Part shown: piece by piece, positions 38,661 to 52,257 of the stretch | Layout: each line of letters begins with the position of its first letter | Numbering within the stretch: position 1 is the stretch's first letter | From: Eledone cirrhosa | Taxonomy: Eukaryota | Length of the DNA: 64,000 bases | Reading direction: 5' to 3' | Assembly (NCBI GenBank): GCA_964016885.1 | Contig: OZ024742.1 | Coordinates: forward strand, 82,026,001 to 82,090,000 | The notes under the pieces: generated by a model | The model's input: only the letters and a program-made list of their open reading frames with translations | Told to the model about the DNA's origin: nothing | Databases searched by the model: none | Made by a program: the position numbers and the translations under genes

Positions 38661-41096
38661 TAATTTAGCGAAATTACATAATTTATCATACAAGTTATTG
38701 TATGCTCAATTGTAAAGGAAAAGATGACTCTAATATTATTTTTTACAATATTAAAATTAGATTTGATGAATTATTTTCTTAAAAAATGCGGAAAGTATGT
38801 AGAGAAAATATATATTATTTTGTATGAGATTATAAGGTGTTTTATATTAGATGTTTTCAACGAAGAGAATTTCAATTATATATTATCTACGTCGAAAGAT
38901 GTGTAAAAACCTTGAAGATTAAAGAGAGGAAAAATGTATTTTTAGATAAGTCGAGAGTGCATTTAGAAAAACTACCGTAAAGAGCATATTTCAGAATATC
39001 AATTAAAAAGTATCAATGTAAAAAATATATATATAAATCTAAAAAATAGATTAAGAAGAGTATCATTAGGAAAAGAATATCAATTGATAAAAACACTAAA
39101 TTTAAGAAGAAAGATCATTTAAACATTTTTAAATAAATAAAAAAAACCTCAGTAAATAGGATCATTTTAAAGATGTATAAGATGTAGTCAAGTGTAATGA
39201 ATATTATAGATTAAAAATACTTTGGAAAGTGGATATTTGGCGATGTCTGCAAGAACTAAATATTTCGCTTTTTAAATTAATAGAATTTTGACAGTTAATT
39301 GTATAAAAAATGTCCTCGATATACAAATGACAGATTCTTGAGAAAGCCATATTTCGGTATGCAGGTGCTTTCGAAATCGTTCCCCAAGATATTGAATAGT
39401 CTATATTATTGTCCTTTAAATTCCAAATTAGATGTGAAAGTGAAGTGGAAGATTTTTTATCGGACCTATTAAATGTATGTTTGTGGTTGTGTCAGCGTTC
39501 TTTGAATTTTGTAGAAGTGGCACCTATATAGTTAAATATTTTGTCTCTAGTTTTTACAGTGTATTTATAAATTGAGCTTTTGTCTAAGCAATTGTTCTGT
39601 AAAGGGCGCGTTTGATTCAATGCTACAGTTACATGTTCGGGAGTTGTTACTAGAAACCGTACTATTAGTATGAATATTGTTATTAGAAATATTATTATTG
39701 TTAGCTTGGTTTGTTTGGTTAGGGTGTAAATTTAAGTTTCTATTATTAATTCTATTTATATTTTGTGCTATGTTGATAGTAGTAGAGTAAGATAGTTTTA
39801 TAGTGTGTCTGTTAAAAATAAAGTGGTATCTGTGGGCCTTAGGAAAACACTTATCCAGTGCTTTGAAAAATAGTTTTGCTACAGGTGTTTTAACGCCTAA
39901 TGAGAATGGGGGAGAGTACCAAATATTATTTCTAGTTCTAGTTTTTTTGGTCTGGTTTACTATTTAAGTTGAATTGCTTATTGTTATTATAATGGATAAT
40001 GGGATGATTTATCATCTTATTGTTGTCTAAGTATTTAATGTTATTCTAGTATGCTGCTCTATGTAAAGCCTCATTGTAATATTCTGCTTATTATCAAACA
40101 TATTTTTATTAGCGGAAATGCGTGAAATCCGTTGCTGGACACTATTGACAATAGTATTTTTTATATTTCTAGGATAATTAGAATTGAAACTTACGTAATT
40201 TAGATTTTCGTTAATTTTATGGAATGGATAATAAAGACCTGAATTGGGGTTTAAAGTTACATATAAGAAGTTAACGATTTTATAATTATTCTCGATTTCT
40301 AAATTAAGGTTGTAGCTGTTGAAAAACTGTATTATGGATTTCTTTTTCCTATTAATTTTACTAAAGATATGGTTTTCGATTAAATGTAACATATCGTCCC
40401 GATATAAACCTCCGGTCATCTCCGACATTTTTCTATGCAGTACATTATTAATAAATAATCCATAGAGTTCTGTTACTTGAGCCGAGTCAGATGATCCGAT
40501 AGTAATATCAAAATTGTTTTGTCTGTCGGCTCTTGTCCAGAGATGGTTATTAAATTCTCTCTCTCTATATATATATATTTTTTTGTTGGGGGGGGGGAAG
40601 AATGACTTCCCTTGTAATTCTAAATAATTTGATTTAATTTTATAATATTATGAGTTGGTAGATCTAGTAACTTCTTTGTTAAATTCGGTGGGTAGAATTT
40701 TAAGGATTCCTGGTTAAATTTCTTGGAGAACTTTCTCGCATTCATCGGTGTCAAACTGAGATCAGATCAAACTCATGATATAACCAGGTCAAGCCCTTTA
40801 GGGCGGTTTTCTGCTAGCATATGTAGTGTGCATATTGGAACACCTCAGCCTCGCCATCACCTCAGGTAACGCTGTGAGAGTGCTGGCTTGCCTCAAAATT
40901 TATCAGACAGGTTTCCCAGTGCTCCTCCTTATATTGCTATCTTTTGCTCTGGTAGCGGCTCGTTTTTTACGACTCTTTCGCCTGCATATAGTACTGTGGT
41001 CTAACATGTGTGTATTACCTGCTTGTGTATTTTTCTCTTTCTTTTTTCCTTTCCCTTTCCTTTATATATATTATATTTGTTAGTGTTTTCGTTCTC

Positions 41097-42415
41097 TTAT
41101 CATCTAAACTATAATAAAGTAGAAAGCGCAGGACTGCATACAGATTATAATTGTTTATCCCCTTAGTAAAATAAGTTGGATTACTTTGAATAAATAATTG
41201 TTTCTACTTTTTGGCCCAAGGCCAGCAATTTTGCCAGTGTATTACTGGTACTTTCTTTTATCGACCCCGTAAGGATGAAAGGCAAAGTTAACCTCGGCGG
41301 GATTTGAACTCAGTCCGTGAATAAATAATGAATGACTATTACATAATTTATCTACTAAATTTACTGGCTGTTCATTAAATATATTTTATTACTTTTTAAA
41401 GATTCACTTCTTTAAAATTTTCAAATGTCAACCCTTCCGTTTAGCGATCGTTTAAATAAATATTCATATATTTCTGTCACTAATGTTCTGCTAATGCAGT
41501 TTATATATATAATATCGTCTTTTTTATCATGGATTACGTTACTGATTACATAACACATTGTAACCCGGTCTTCATTCAATTTCTGTGTGTATTGTCAATT
41601 ACGATTTTGCTTGATCATATCTACATGCATATATACTTGCGTATAATATCAATATACACACTACACATGCTAGCAGATATATAATATCGTATTTTTTTAA
41701 ATGTATCATTGATTTCGTTACTGATTACATAAGACACTGTTTGTTCAATTTCTGTGTATATTGTCAATTACGATTTTATTTGATGTATCATATCTACACG
41801 CATATATACTTGCGTACAATATACACAATACACATTCTAACAGAAAACCACCCGAAGGGAGGTTTTTCTGCTAGCTATGTTAAATGATTTTGTTTAAATA
41901 GTTAATAAATAAATAAAGAGTTAATAAATAAATAAAACATCATACTGCCTTTACCCTCCCATTTCCCATTAAACCGAACGCTGTCATGACTGTATGTGTG
42001 TATTTGTGTAAATGTAAGTATGTTTGTGTGAAAGTATGTCTGTATGTATCTGTATTTGTGTGAATTATGTCGGTGTGTGTGTATTTTCGGTGTGTGTATT
42101 GTGTTTGCGCGATTATAGTTATATACTCATAATTGTTATATACTCATACATATAGATGTATGTATGTGCACACTCATACGCGTCAGTGTGTAGAAATTCA
42201 TAATCACTCTATCTCTCCCATCACACACTCTCTCTTTCTATAGATATGGTAGTTGAAGTGGTGGTGTTGGCGACGATATACCGGAAGTGCAACTTTGAAA
42301 AGAAGTCAATATTAAATTATTTATTCAAAATAATCCAACTTATTTTACTAACTGGATTAAAAGAAATAAACCGTACGCAGGCCCACAGCCCTTGCTTTAT
42401 TATAGTTTAGATTAT
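41097..42415. mobile_element. putative non-autonomous DNA transposon with diverged ~100-bp terminal inverted repeats
   Basis: ATCTAAACTATAATAAAG..TTAGTAAAATAAGTTGGATTA.TTTGAATAAATAAT (41102-41198) is inverted at 42317-42412. Confidence 0.6.
41197..41317 (-). mobile_element. 5'-truncated SINE copy
   Basis: Matches the 3' two-thirds of 38473-38660; TSD TGAATAAATAAT at 41187-41198 and 41318-41329. Confidence 0.88.
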
Positions 42416-42444
42416 AAAATTAAATCAAATTATTTTTTTCAAAT

Positions 42445-42500
<56 letters not shown>

Positions 42501-42652
42501 GGTGTGTGTGGGTGTGTGTGTATAGGTATGTATGAACTGGAATATGTATATGAACTGTATGTATGATTTTATGTAAATATGTAAGCAAGAATGATCCCCA
42601 CCTACATTCCTAAACCAATATCAACAACATATCAACAAAATACAACGGTACT

Positions 42653-43200
42653 ACATACCGAACACCCAATTATTTTACAATTTCGGATATAATTACTTAA
42701 TGGTTTCAGAACCCTTTTTCACCTTTTGAATGTTTAAATTCAATGTTAATTGTTTTATTTGATCATAGAATAATTTGTTTAACCTGACCATGTTCATTTG
42801 TTCGTTGCAGGATTTAACTCATACGTCGCAGTTATGATGATAAATATTGAACGGTATTACCTGTTGAAAAGTATAACATAGTGATTTACTTTAAGACTTG
42901 GTCTGATCCCATATACACATATAAGATTATTGCATAAATGGACAAGATTAGCTATGTTATATGTTAACATGAAACTATTTTGTATCTAACTAAACTTGTT
43001 AACGTACACGTCCAAAAATATATGTTATTACTAAAGTTAACCTCCAAAACTAAGCATGATGGGATTTAAAGTGTCAATTTCTGCAATTTTGTCATGCTAA
43101 ATCTACGGAAAGAAAAATATATATTTGGACCCCTAAACTGTATTTCCAACACTGTTCTTTTTAAATAATATCAAATATTTTGCTGAATATCTCCTTTACA
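42653..43200 (+). repeat. dispersed duplication (partner 48872-49348)
   Basis: ACATACCGAAC..TTTTACAATTTCGGATATAATTAC through GCTGAATATCTCC.TTAC is colinear, with indels. Confidence 0.88.
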
Positions 43201-44804
43201 TTTCTATCAAGAAATATTCCAAAGCTAACCTTACTTTTCTCTTTGCAGTCCTCCTCTTTTTACCATAAGACATATCACCCCCACCCACACCCCTCCAGAC
43301 ACCAAATTCAACTTTAATATAGAAAATTGTTGAAATTTTTTTCGTTATAAATTTAAGATTATTCAGCTATAAGAAAAAGGAAATTGAAATGCATCTTGCG
43401 ATTATAATTCGGCCACCAAAGGTCGTCTATTGAAATGGAACAAGCAGAAGGGTACTTTCACAAGCTCTTTCTAAACCTCTCTTTAAATACCCAAACACCT
43501 CGTAACTCTACTCTCATTCAATTATATTACTTTTACCATTCACTATTTTCTTTCCCCTCTTGTGTGTATATATGTGCTTTAATTCCTTTAAATCTTAATC
43601 AACACTACTTCACTCCCCTACTCATTAACATCCCTTCCCCCAGCCACACCCAAATCTCCTATATAGCGAGTCACACATCACAACACAACCTGAGACCAGT
43701 TTGACAATCGTAACCGATGAATGCGAAAAATCACTTTAGGAAAGTTAACCAGGAATCGTAAACAAATATTTTCACCGAAGTTAACAAAAACGTATTAGAT
43801 ATACAAAAACAAATTGTAAAATAAAATGATATGTTTAGAACTACAAGTCACGTCATTCTTTTCCTTTTTTAGATATATACATATATATATATATATATAT
43901 TGTGGAAAGGAATTTATTCCTTTGTTCAAAATTTGAATTTTGACCGCCAAAAACACACGTGGAAGCTAGCACTGTTTACTGCAAAAACTCACACCCGGGA
44001 CGGAAGAGAACGGATATCTGTTGAGAAAGTGAAACCTCTGTTCGATCTTTCAGAACCAATGACTTGCATACCCCGCAAGTGGATTTTGTTACTATCGGAT
44101 TTCACAGAAACCTAGCGGAAATATTGCATGATATCGACGCGATGGTGCAGGTTTGTCAAATTATCCTGAGTCAGTTTTCTCATTGCTTTGGTCCCTGCGG
44201 CTGGCTTACCGGTCGCAATCTTCAATTTGCAAAGCTGTCTAAACGTAATTTTATTACACTAAGGTAAAATACCTTATTGAGTGATTAGCTGCACATTCCG
44301 ATTGCATTCATTAGCTTCGCTGCATCCAGAGCTTATATATAAATGAAAGTTATAGAAAGTATTGTAGCGAGAAGCGAACAGTATTCCATAATATATAAGT
44401 GACTATAGCGTCAAAATGGGAAAATAGTTAACGTAAGATGTGGGAAAAATAATTCAAACTCAACTCAAAGAGAATCAGGATATAGATTTATCCAACAGAA
44501 TTTTGTGAAATCCACGGAAAAATCAATAGAGCCTTAACTCATGATAAAATAAAGTTTAAAATACTCATCCTTCAATTTGGAACTACAAATGCTCTGTATA
44601 GTCTTGAAAAGAATATTTCACGAAAACTTTCAGTGGGGATCGTCACGGTTTGAATTCGATCGTCATCAGAGCTCAACACGATAGCCAAAATCTCACTGAT
44701 TAATATGCCATAAAGGGAACTTAAAAGCTAGCTAGTTTAAAATCATGCGTGATTATGAAAATAAAATGCACATGTAGAAAAACATGGTTTTTATATATAT
44801 CAGG

Positions 44805-45962
44805 CTGAGAGCTTTATTTTGAATTTTAGCGGAAATTATAATATCTGCTGTGTCTAACACTTTGAACTACCCGCTAAAAACCGGGTGTTATTTCCCTTGT
44901 TGGAAATAGCACTTGACAACTAACTGTTCGATTCGCTTGCTGTTAGCAGCACCATTTAGTGTTCGCTCCGTTCTTTGGTAGAACGAAATTCCTGTTGATG
45001 AAATGAGTCCTCTGTTCGATCATGAATACCACGAGCTTGCCAGTTACGTAAGTCTGATATTTGATTTCGGATTCATAGAGACACTTTAAACGTATAACGT
45101 TTGATTTGTCCAGGTGTATTTTTTCAACCTGTTAGTTTTTTCGTTACTATGGTATTTTGTGTTAGGTATTGCCTACCACAATGTTCAATTTGTCAAGCTA
45201 TTTACACGTATGTTATTACTCTAAGGACCTACCCTTATTGAGTGCTTTGCTAACTCATTCATATTGTAGGTCGAATCTGCTTGCCCACAGCCAAAGCGTC
45301 GATTTTACTAAGCCTCCACTTATATTATTTTCTCCTAGATTTAATAATTAACTAATTCATTTAATTAGACAATTCTGTTGATTTGACAATTATTTGTGTT
45401 TGTTTAATAACATCTGGTTGAGAGCTATATTCTAAATGTTAGCGGAAATTATAATATTTCCTTTGTTTAACACTTTGAATCTACCCGCCAAAAACTGGGG
45501 GTTATATCCCCTGTTGGAAATAACACGTGACTACTAAATGTTCGATTCGCTTGCTGTTAGCAGCACCATTTCGTGTTCACCCTGTTCTTTGGTAGAACGA
45601 AATTCCTGTTGGTGAAATGAGTCCCATATTCGATCATAAATACCATGAGCTTGCCAGTTACGTAAGTCTGATATTTGATTTCGGATTCATAGAAACACTT
45701 TAAACGTATAACGTTTGATTTGTCCAGGTGTATTTTTTCAACCTGTTAGTTTTTCGTTACTTTGGTATTGTGTGTTAGATTTTGCCTATCGCAATGTTCA
45801 ATTTGTCAAGCTATTTAAACGTATGTTTTTACTCTAAGGACCTACCCTTATCGAGCGCTTTGCTAACTCATTCATATTGTAGGTCGAATTTGCTTGCCCA
45901 CAGCCAAAGATCCGATTGTACTAATATTCGATTTACAAGGATTCGATTACTAAGCCTCCACT
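44805..45962 (+). repeat. ~610-bp tandem duplication
   Basis: 44805-45320 vs 45420-45962; paired ORF translations at 45169 and 45782. Confidence 0.92.
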
Positions 45963-46044
45963 TAAACAGAAAGCAAAATAATTAGTCAAAAGCTAAAATT
46001 TGTTTTCTAGTTGACGCTTTGAAACAATCTTGAGAGTTTGCGAT

Positions 46045-46120
46045 ATCGATACCGGGACCGGGTGACGTGTTATGTCCTTGAGCAAAATAATTTATTTCAC
46101 GTTGCTCTCTCTGCTAGGTG
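46045..46120 (+). mobile_element. decayed CORE-like SINE remnant
   Basis: TCGATACC B-box-like, then TGTCCTTGAGCAAAATAATTTATTTCACGTTGCTC. Confidence 0.4.
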
Positions 46121-47164
46121 TTGCAACCCGTAGACAATATCAGCAATGGGAAATCCAACGGAAACATTGTCATCTTGGTGCATTTTGACGAGTCTGACCT
46201 CACTCTGTAATAAAATGAGGTTTGGATACTTGTTGATCGTTCCCGATCGCGTTGTTTGCATAATTTATCCCATATGAAACGTTTCACTAACAAATAAATG
46301 TGAACTTATTTAACTCACTCGAAACTATATTATGATACAGAATAAATGTTTACAAACAGAGAGCGTAAATCTAAACCCTCAAATAAAGTATATCACGTAA
46401 ATCATAGATACAAGTGCTCAGTTTATTCACAGATTCACCCCAATGAAAAGAAGATTATGTGGCATGATTTTTTCCTCAGAAAATGAGTCCAAATATGTAG
46501 GTGACATAACTCCACACTCGTATATATATTATGATATGATATATTTATATATTGTTCATTGAGCAGAGAATGTATAGGTAAGTAGTTACATAAAATGAAG
46601 GATATCGAGTTTTCCACGTGTTATGAGTAATTGTGAATAAATAGTGGATGTTCGATTTTGCGGGTAGGAAAACAGAAGGTAGTAGTCCGTACAATCAATT
46701 GCTATTAATTACGATGCTTAACATAACGCTGACAGAATTTAAAACAATAAAAAATTACCACGATTTAATCTGACAAGTGATAACGAAACAATTCCATTTT
46801 ATGAGATTTATCAGAATGCTTATCTATGTGTTTTAACCAGACACCAGTGAATGTCTGGAAATCTATGTTTAATGGCGTTGATATTTAATGAACCATATCC
46901 TCATAATGGGTATGGTTTGATGCCAAGAGATAACGTAGCAAAAAGTGAAAAAAAAGTCTTAATCAGAGACTTTTCACACACAATAAAATATGCATCAAAT
47001 CTCAGATAAAATGATAACTTATATAACGACATTTACTACAGAATATAACTTATATCCTTGTGTACTCACACACCCACAAACACACACACACACACACATG
47101 CACGCACACATTCATATATATATATATATATATATATGAAAATAAATACACACACATACACATA

Positions 47165-47212
<48 letters not shown>

Positions 47213-49874
47213 TATCGAGATCTTTAGATAAACGCTGGAGCGTCGAACGTGAAGAAATTATTAAGCAATGCAGAAAACTAGACCGCAGCAAATGAATGCG
47301 GCCATAATTGAATGCTATGAATACTAGCTAATGTATTAAGTAAAACGCGCCTATGGGTGGAAATAGTACACATAATGGAAATCTGTGTTTAGTACTAGCG
47401 AGAACAACAGCGGTTGCTTTAGTACGTTTCAAGGACATCGTACCGCATGATTATTCTTCTATTATTTATCTAGGGTCGACAGCAAGTTCATACACATGTA
47501 ATCATTCCAATTTAGGCCGCAACTATTTTGTATTACTCCTTCCCTTATGTATGAATTATTTGCTCTCTGCTTTGGCTCTCATCGCGGAAGGTTCTGCTGC
47601 ATCCCTCATTCTGAGGGATCGTTGATCTAGACAGACGGGTGAACTGTGAGACAGAGAGGAAATGTGAGAAGGGTGAGAGATTGTTAGGTTTACGGAATAT
47701 TTCCTATCATTAGTTGTATCGGCTAGATATTGCATTCTTTAGGTATTTTCTTATGATGTATTTTTTTCCAATGGTTATCATCCCCTTTCTATCCTTTTTT
47801 TGTTCGATTTTGACACATCTTCATTCTTAGAAGACATAATATCTAAATGATACTTTAATCATCTATTATTTGCATGAGTAGTTTCAGTGAGTATATTTAG
47901 TGGATTTGGTTTTTCCATACAAACTACAGACAGGTTGCCTCTTAAATGATTTACAACCTTATAACATAAATTTTGCATACAAATGGCATTCAAAATTTAA
48001 ATATAACACATTACATTTCTTATTTTTGGATCTAAAAGCTACAATGAAACTCCATGAAAGCCATTATGTTTCCATAACTGGATACTCGCCACATTATATT
48101 GGGTTAATAAAATAGACATGTATAACAGTGACTACTACTACGGCTGTTGCGGGTGTATGCATATGTACATAATTGTCATAATGTATCTATTATATCATTA
48201 CCCAGTATGAACATGTAATATACAGTGCATATCCAATATATACCTATAGTAAGTACGAAGTATATATTCTAGCTTACTAAATAATCACGATCTCTACAGT
48301 CATATTGTTATTATTATTATCTAGACTCAGCCTCTGAACTATTTAGTTTGTAGCTATATCCAATAGTCGTAAGTTAGCTATAACCATAATCATAACTACA
48401 ATTATTATTTGCCTAACGAAATGTCTAAATTAGTTTTACTACAGCCTAAACATACCACACACACATATGAGAACTGAACATATGTGCTAGGTAATAACCA
48501 ATATTAATACAATACAAAGAAAGTTAATACCACATATGCAAAGCCGCCCTTTTCCTAAATATGTCTTGGCTGCTCTAAATAAACTCAAATCATACATACA
48601 CAACTTTCTCTCTTTCGATACATATTTTCAAGGGAAGCAATCATCACACTTGGAACAGTTTCAATGTATTTATTGGGATATTTCAATATAGATCCTTAGA
48701 AATTACAGACAAGCTCAAGAATATAATCCGAGCTCAAATTAATATAAATTCAAGAACAAACGACATATATAGAAATCTATCAAACAATACACAAAAGATA
48801 ATTGGAAAAAAATGTAAGAACATATCAATCATGAATTGGCAGTATAAGCAGTTAGAAAAAAATAAAACGGTACATACCGAACTCAATTTATTTTACAATT
48901 TCGGATATAATTACTTAATGACTTCAGAACCCTTTTTCACCTTTTGAATGTTTAAGTTCAATTTTAATTGAATAGAATAATTTGTTTATCCTGACCATGT
49001 TCATGTGTACTTTGCAGGATTACAACTCTTTAAAGTCATACGTCGCGGTTACATATTAGTTTCTTCAGAAATGCAGAAATGGACAAGATTAGCTATGTTA
49101 TATGTTAACTAGAAAATATTTTGTATCTAACTAAATTTGTTAACGTATAAGTCCAAAATGATATGTTATTACTAAAGTTAACCTACAAAACTAAGCATGA
49201 GGAGATTTAAAGTGCCAAGGTACTCATTTCTGCAATTTTGTCATGCCAAATCTACGGAAAGAAAATTATATATTTGGCAACCTAAACTGGATTTCCAACA
49301 CTGATTTTTTAAAATAATACCAAATATTTTGCTGAATATCTCCCTTACTATCCTCCTGGAAACGCCATTTCCATTCTATCCAACGAGGCCGTGGAGCGGC
49401 CAGCACGCGGGAGCCCATTTGATCATAATATAGAGAGATTGTAAGGGCAAGAGAGATGGAGACGATGACAGTGGGAGTTCGGCTGTTGCGTAGGGAGGTT
49501 CTTTTGTTGGTCTGTTCTGACGAGCTGGTCGTTTCATGTTTTCCATAATATATATACTTCCTAGTCAATAACGTACTTTAATAGCATGCTGTGATAAAAA
49601 CATAAAGACAAAAATACCATTTCTTCTTTGAATTATGTAGGGTTATATAAATGTAAATAATATGCATTTAAATATGAATTAAATAATATCAATAATGTTT
49701 TAATGTTCAGGGTTCTCTTGATTAACTCTGCATATGATATAATTATTTCCGTGTGTTTTGCTGAGAATAAGTAAGTGACATAGTCACTACTTTAAAAAAT
49801 TCATGTTTTTCAAAATGTTTTTAATTAAACATACAGTATATTATCAAATATACTATGTATATATATATGTATAA

Positions 49875-49979
<105 letters not shown>

Positions 49980-49989
49980 CATATATATA

Positions 49990-51540
49990 CAATATACAAT
50001 GATATTAAATAAATGGAAACTATATTTATAAAACCGTATTTATTTTATTATATATATTTCAAGGGTACCAAAATACATTGGTAAACTTTCCTCAGGTAAA
50101 ATACAAAGTTTGTTTTGTAAATAGAGACAAACCTTATCTGTTGAATATTCTCTGGACAGTGGAAATATATGAGGGATTTTTCAAACTTATTTTTCAAACT
50201 TACAAATGAATATGTAAATAATAGAAAAACAACCGTTTATTTAAACGACTATGGAAAGAGAGAGAAGAGATAAGAGGAGAATGATACAATAATGTGAGAG
50301 AGGGAGAGGGAAGAAAGAAAAAAGAGAAGATGAGTAAAAACTCATATAACATTAATTTTAGGGAAATAAATTCTAAGTATATATCTTAATAGTATCTGTA
50401 TTTATGATTATTAATTGTTTAACATTTGTTTATAATATAATATTTTCTTCTCTTATAAGTATATAAATAAATAAATAAATAAATAAACAGATGGGTATAT
50501 CATGTTATAGGTAATTGTTCTAAAGAATTATGAGGGATATTGGTTTTGTATTTTATGTAGATAAATATTAAGTTAAATTAAATTAAATTAACTGAGTTAA
50601 GAAGAATATTTATATTTATGATTGAAAATGGGAAGATACGGAAAAACTCCGGTTTAATTTATTTATTCGTTATCGTGAGACTATTTAGTCAACATAAGTA
50701 TAGATGTTGAAGATACATTTAGCCAGGATCAGTCAGTAGTTATAAATCGATTGAAAAAATATTGAAAAAATATTGAGAAATTATTGAAAAAATATTGAAA
50801 AAGCATTGAAAAAATATTGATATATTTGAGAAAATAAAAAAAAATAATAATTTATAATCTATAAGAGATAAGTAATTTTTAAAGAAATAAAAATTAAAGA
50901 AATAAAAATTATTAAAATAAAAATTATTAAAATAAACATTTTAAAAAAATCAGAATTATATACGTATATATTTTATGAAACTTTAAGAACTGGAGTTACA
51001 GCAAATGTTATAGATATTATGATTTAGAGATATCAATATATTAAAACCAAGTGGATGAGATTGTTATGGAAATAAGTAGGAATATTATGACTATAATTAT
51101 AAGTTATATATAGTTCTGAATGTTGAATTCTGGCGATGTCTACAAGAATTAAATAAATTAATTCGTTCTTAGATTAATAGAGTTTTTACATTTAAATATA
51201 TAAACAAATTCCTCAATACACAATTTGCAGAATCTAGATAAGGTGTGTTTCGGTACGCGGGTGCTTATGAAACTGTTTCCCAAGCTAAGGAATAGTCCAT
51301 ATTCTTGCATTTTAAGTTCCATATCAGGTTTGAAAGATAAGCTTAAGATGTTTTATCAAATCTTCGGAAAGAACAATTGTGTTTATTCCATCGATTTTTA
51401 AATACTGTAGAAGTTGCACCAACATTATTATCATTAGTTTTAACTGTGCATTTATAGATCACGTTTTTATCTAAACACTTTTTTTATAAAGGACAGTTTG
51501 ATTTAATTCTACAGTTACATTTTGCGGAGTTGTTGTTGTT
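49990..51540 (-). mobile_element. 5'-truncated Naiad-type PLE (endonuclease remnant + 3' region)
   Basis: Minus strand KCNCRIKSNCPL*KKCLDKNVIYKCTVK..VGATSTVFKNRWNKH; 3' region homologous to 37700-39300; abuts long (TA)n. Confidence 0.82.
50041..50103 (-). ncRNA. type I hammerhead ribozyme
   Basis: Minus strand: TATTTTAC-CTGAGGA-AAGTTTACCAA-TGTATT-TTGGTACCCTT-GAAA-TATATA-TA-ATAAAATA. Confidence 0.78.
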
Positions 51541-52078
51541 CGCACTTTACCACATGACACGGAGCTATTTGGGTTTGTCAAAGTGGAGTGAAATTAATCA
51601 ACACAATACCATATTGAGCTCCAATGATGTAAAGTTCCATTTACACTGACGGCTTAAATGGGATGAGATTCGTTATTGATTTATATTTCTCTGGTCGAGA
51701 TATCCATGTTTATTTTCACTCAATTCTCAGTTAATCCACATTTCAGCTTTTGAATAAGATGCGAACGAGAAGAAAGCACTTACTGTCCACAAGCAATTAA
51801 GTCACTGCTACCATAAATAAAATACCAGGGTGGGTAGTTTATAAAGCTTATTTGTAAGGCCCCAAAACAGAAAACAAATTATGTTGTTTACCCAGAATTT
51901 TGAAATCCTTCAAAATATGTGATAGAATTTATCTTCCATCATAAAAAGGATTTTAATATATTTATCATTTATACAAATTTCCAAATTAATTGTTTTATTT
52001 CATTTCTAATATAAACAGACCAATTTTATTCCCAGGCAACACCGGGTGCCTTTAGTTATATGCATATATATATACATT

Positions 52079-52232
<154 letters not shown>

Positions 52233-52257
52233 GGGGGGAAAACTAAAACTAAAAAAA

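Larger units (their letters stand above)
37700..40760 (-). mobile_element. decayed Naiad-type PLE (RT, GIY-YIG, 3' region) interrupted by a SINE
   Basis: NFDITIGSSDSAQVTELYGLFI, GLYRDD, WYSPPFSLGVKTPVAK, CNC, YIGATSTKFKER; HHR at 37736-37799. Confidence 0.87.

Noticed and set aside
39490-39500. In-frame TGA in a Naiad as selenocysteine
   Set aside because: It aligns with Trp (NRWNKH) in the related copy. Conserved Cys codons in the clearly readable Naiad frames are TGT/TGC, and no SECIS was seen.
42795-42870. TTGCAG|G splice-acceptor-like site kept in both duplicated copies
   Set aside because: The downstream sequence has indels between copies and there is no conserved frame or donor.
44620-44672. 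Minus-strand CTGATGA..GAAA
   Set aside because: Helix II does not abut GAAA, and helices I and III do not form.
48660-48700. YLLGYFNID resembling the APE endonuclease GDFN motif
   Set aside because: A single short degenerate motif without supporting context.
49515-49540. CTGACGAG next to GTTTC as an HHR
   Set aside because: The two core halves lie on opposite strands.
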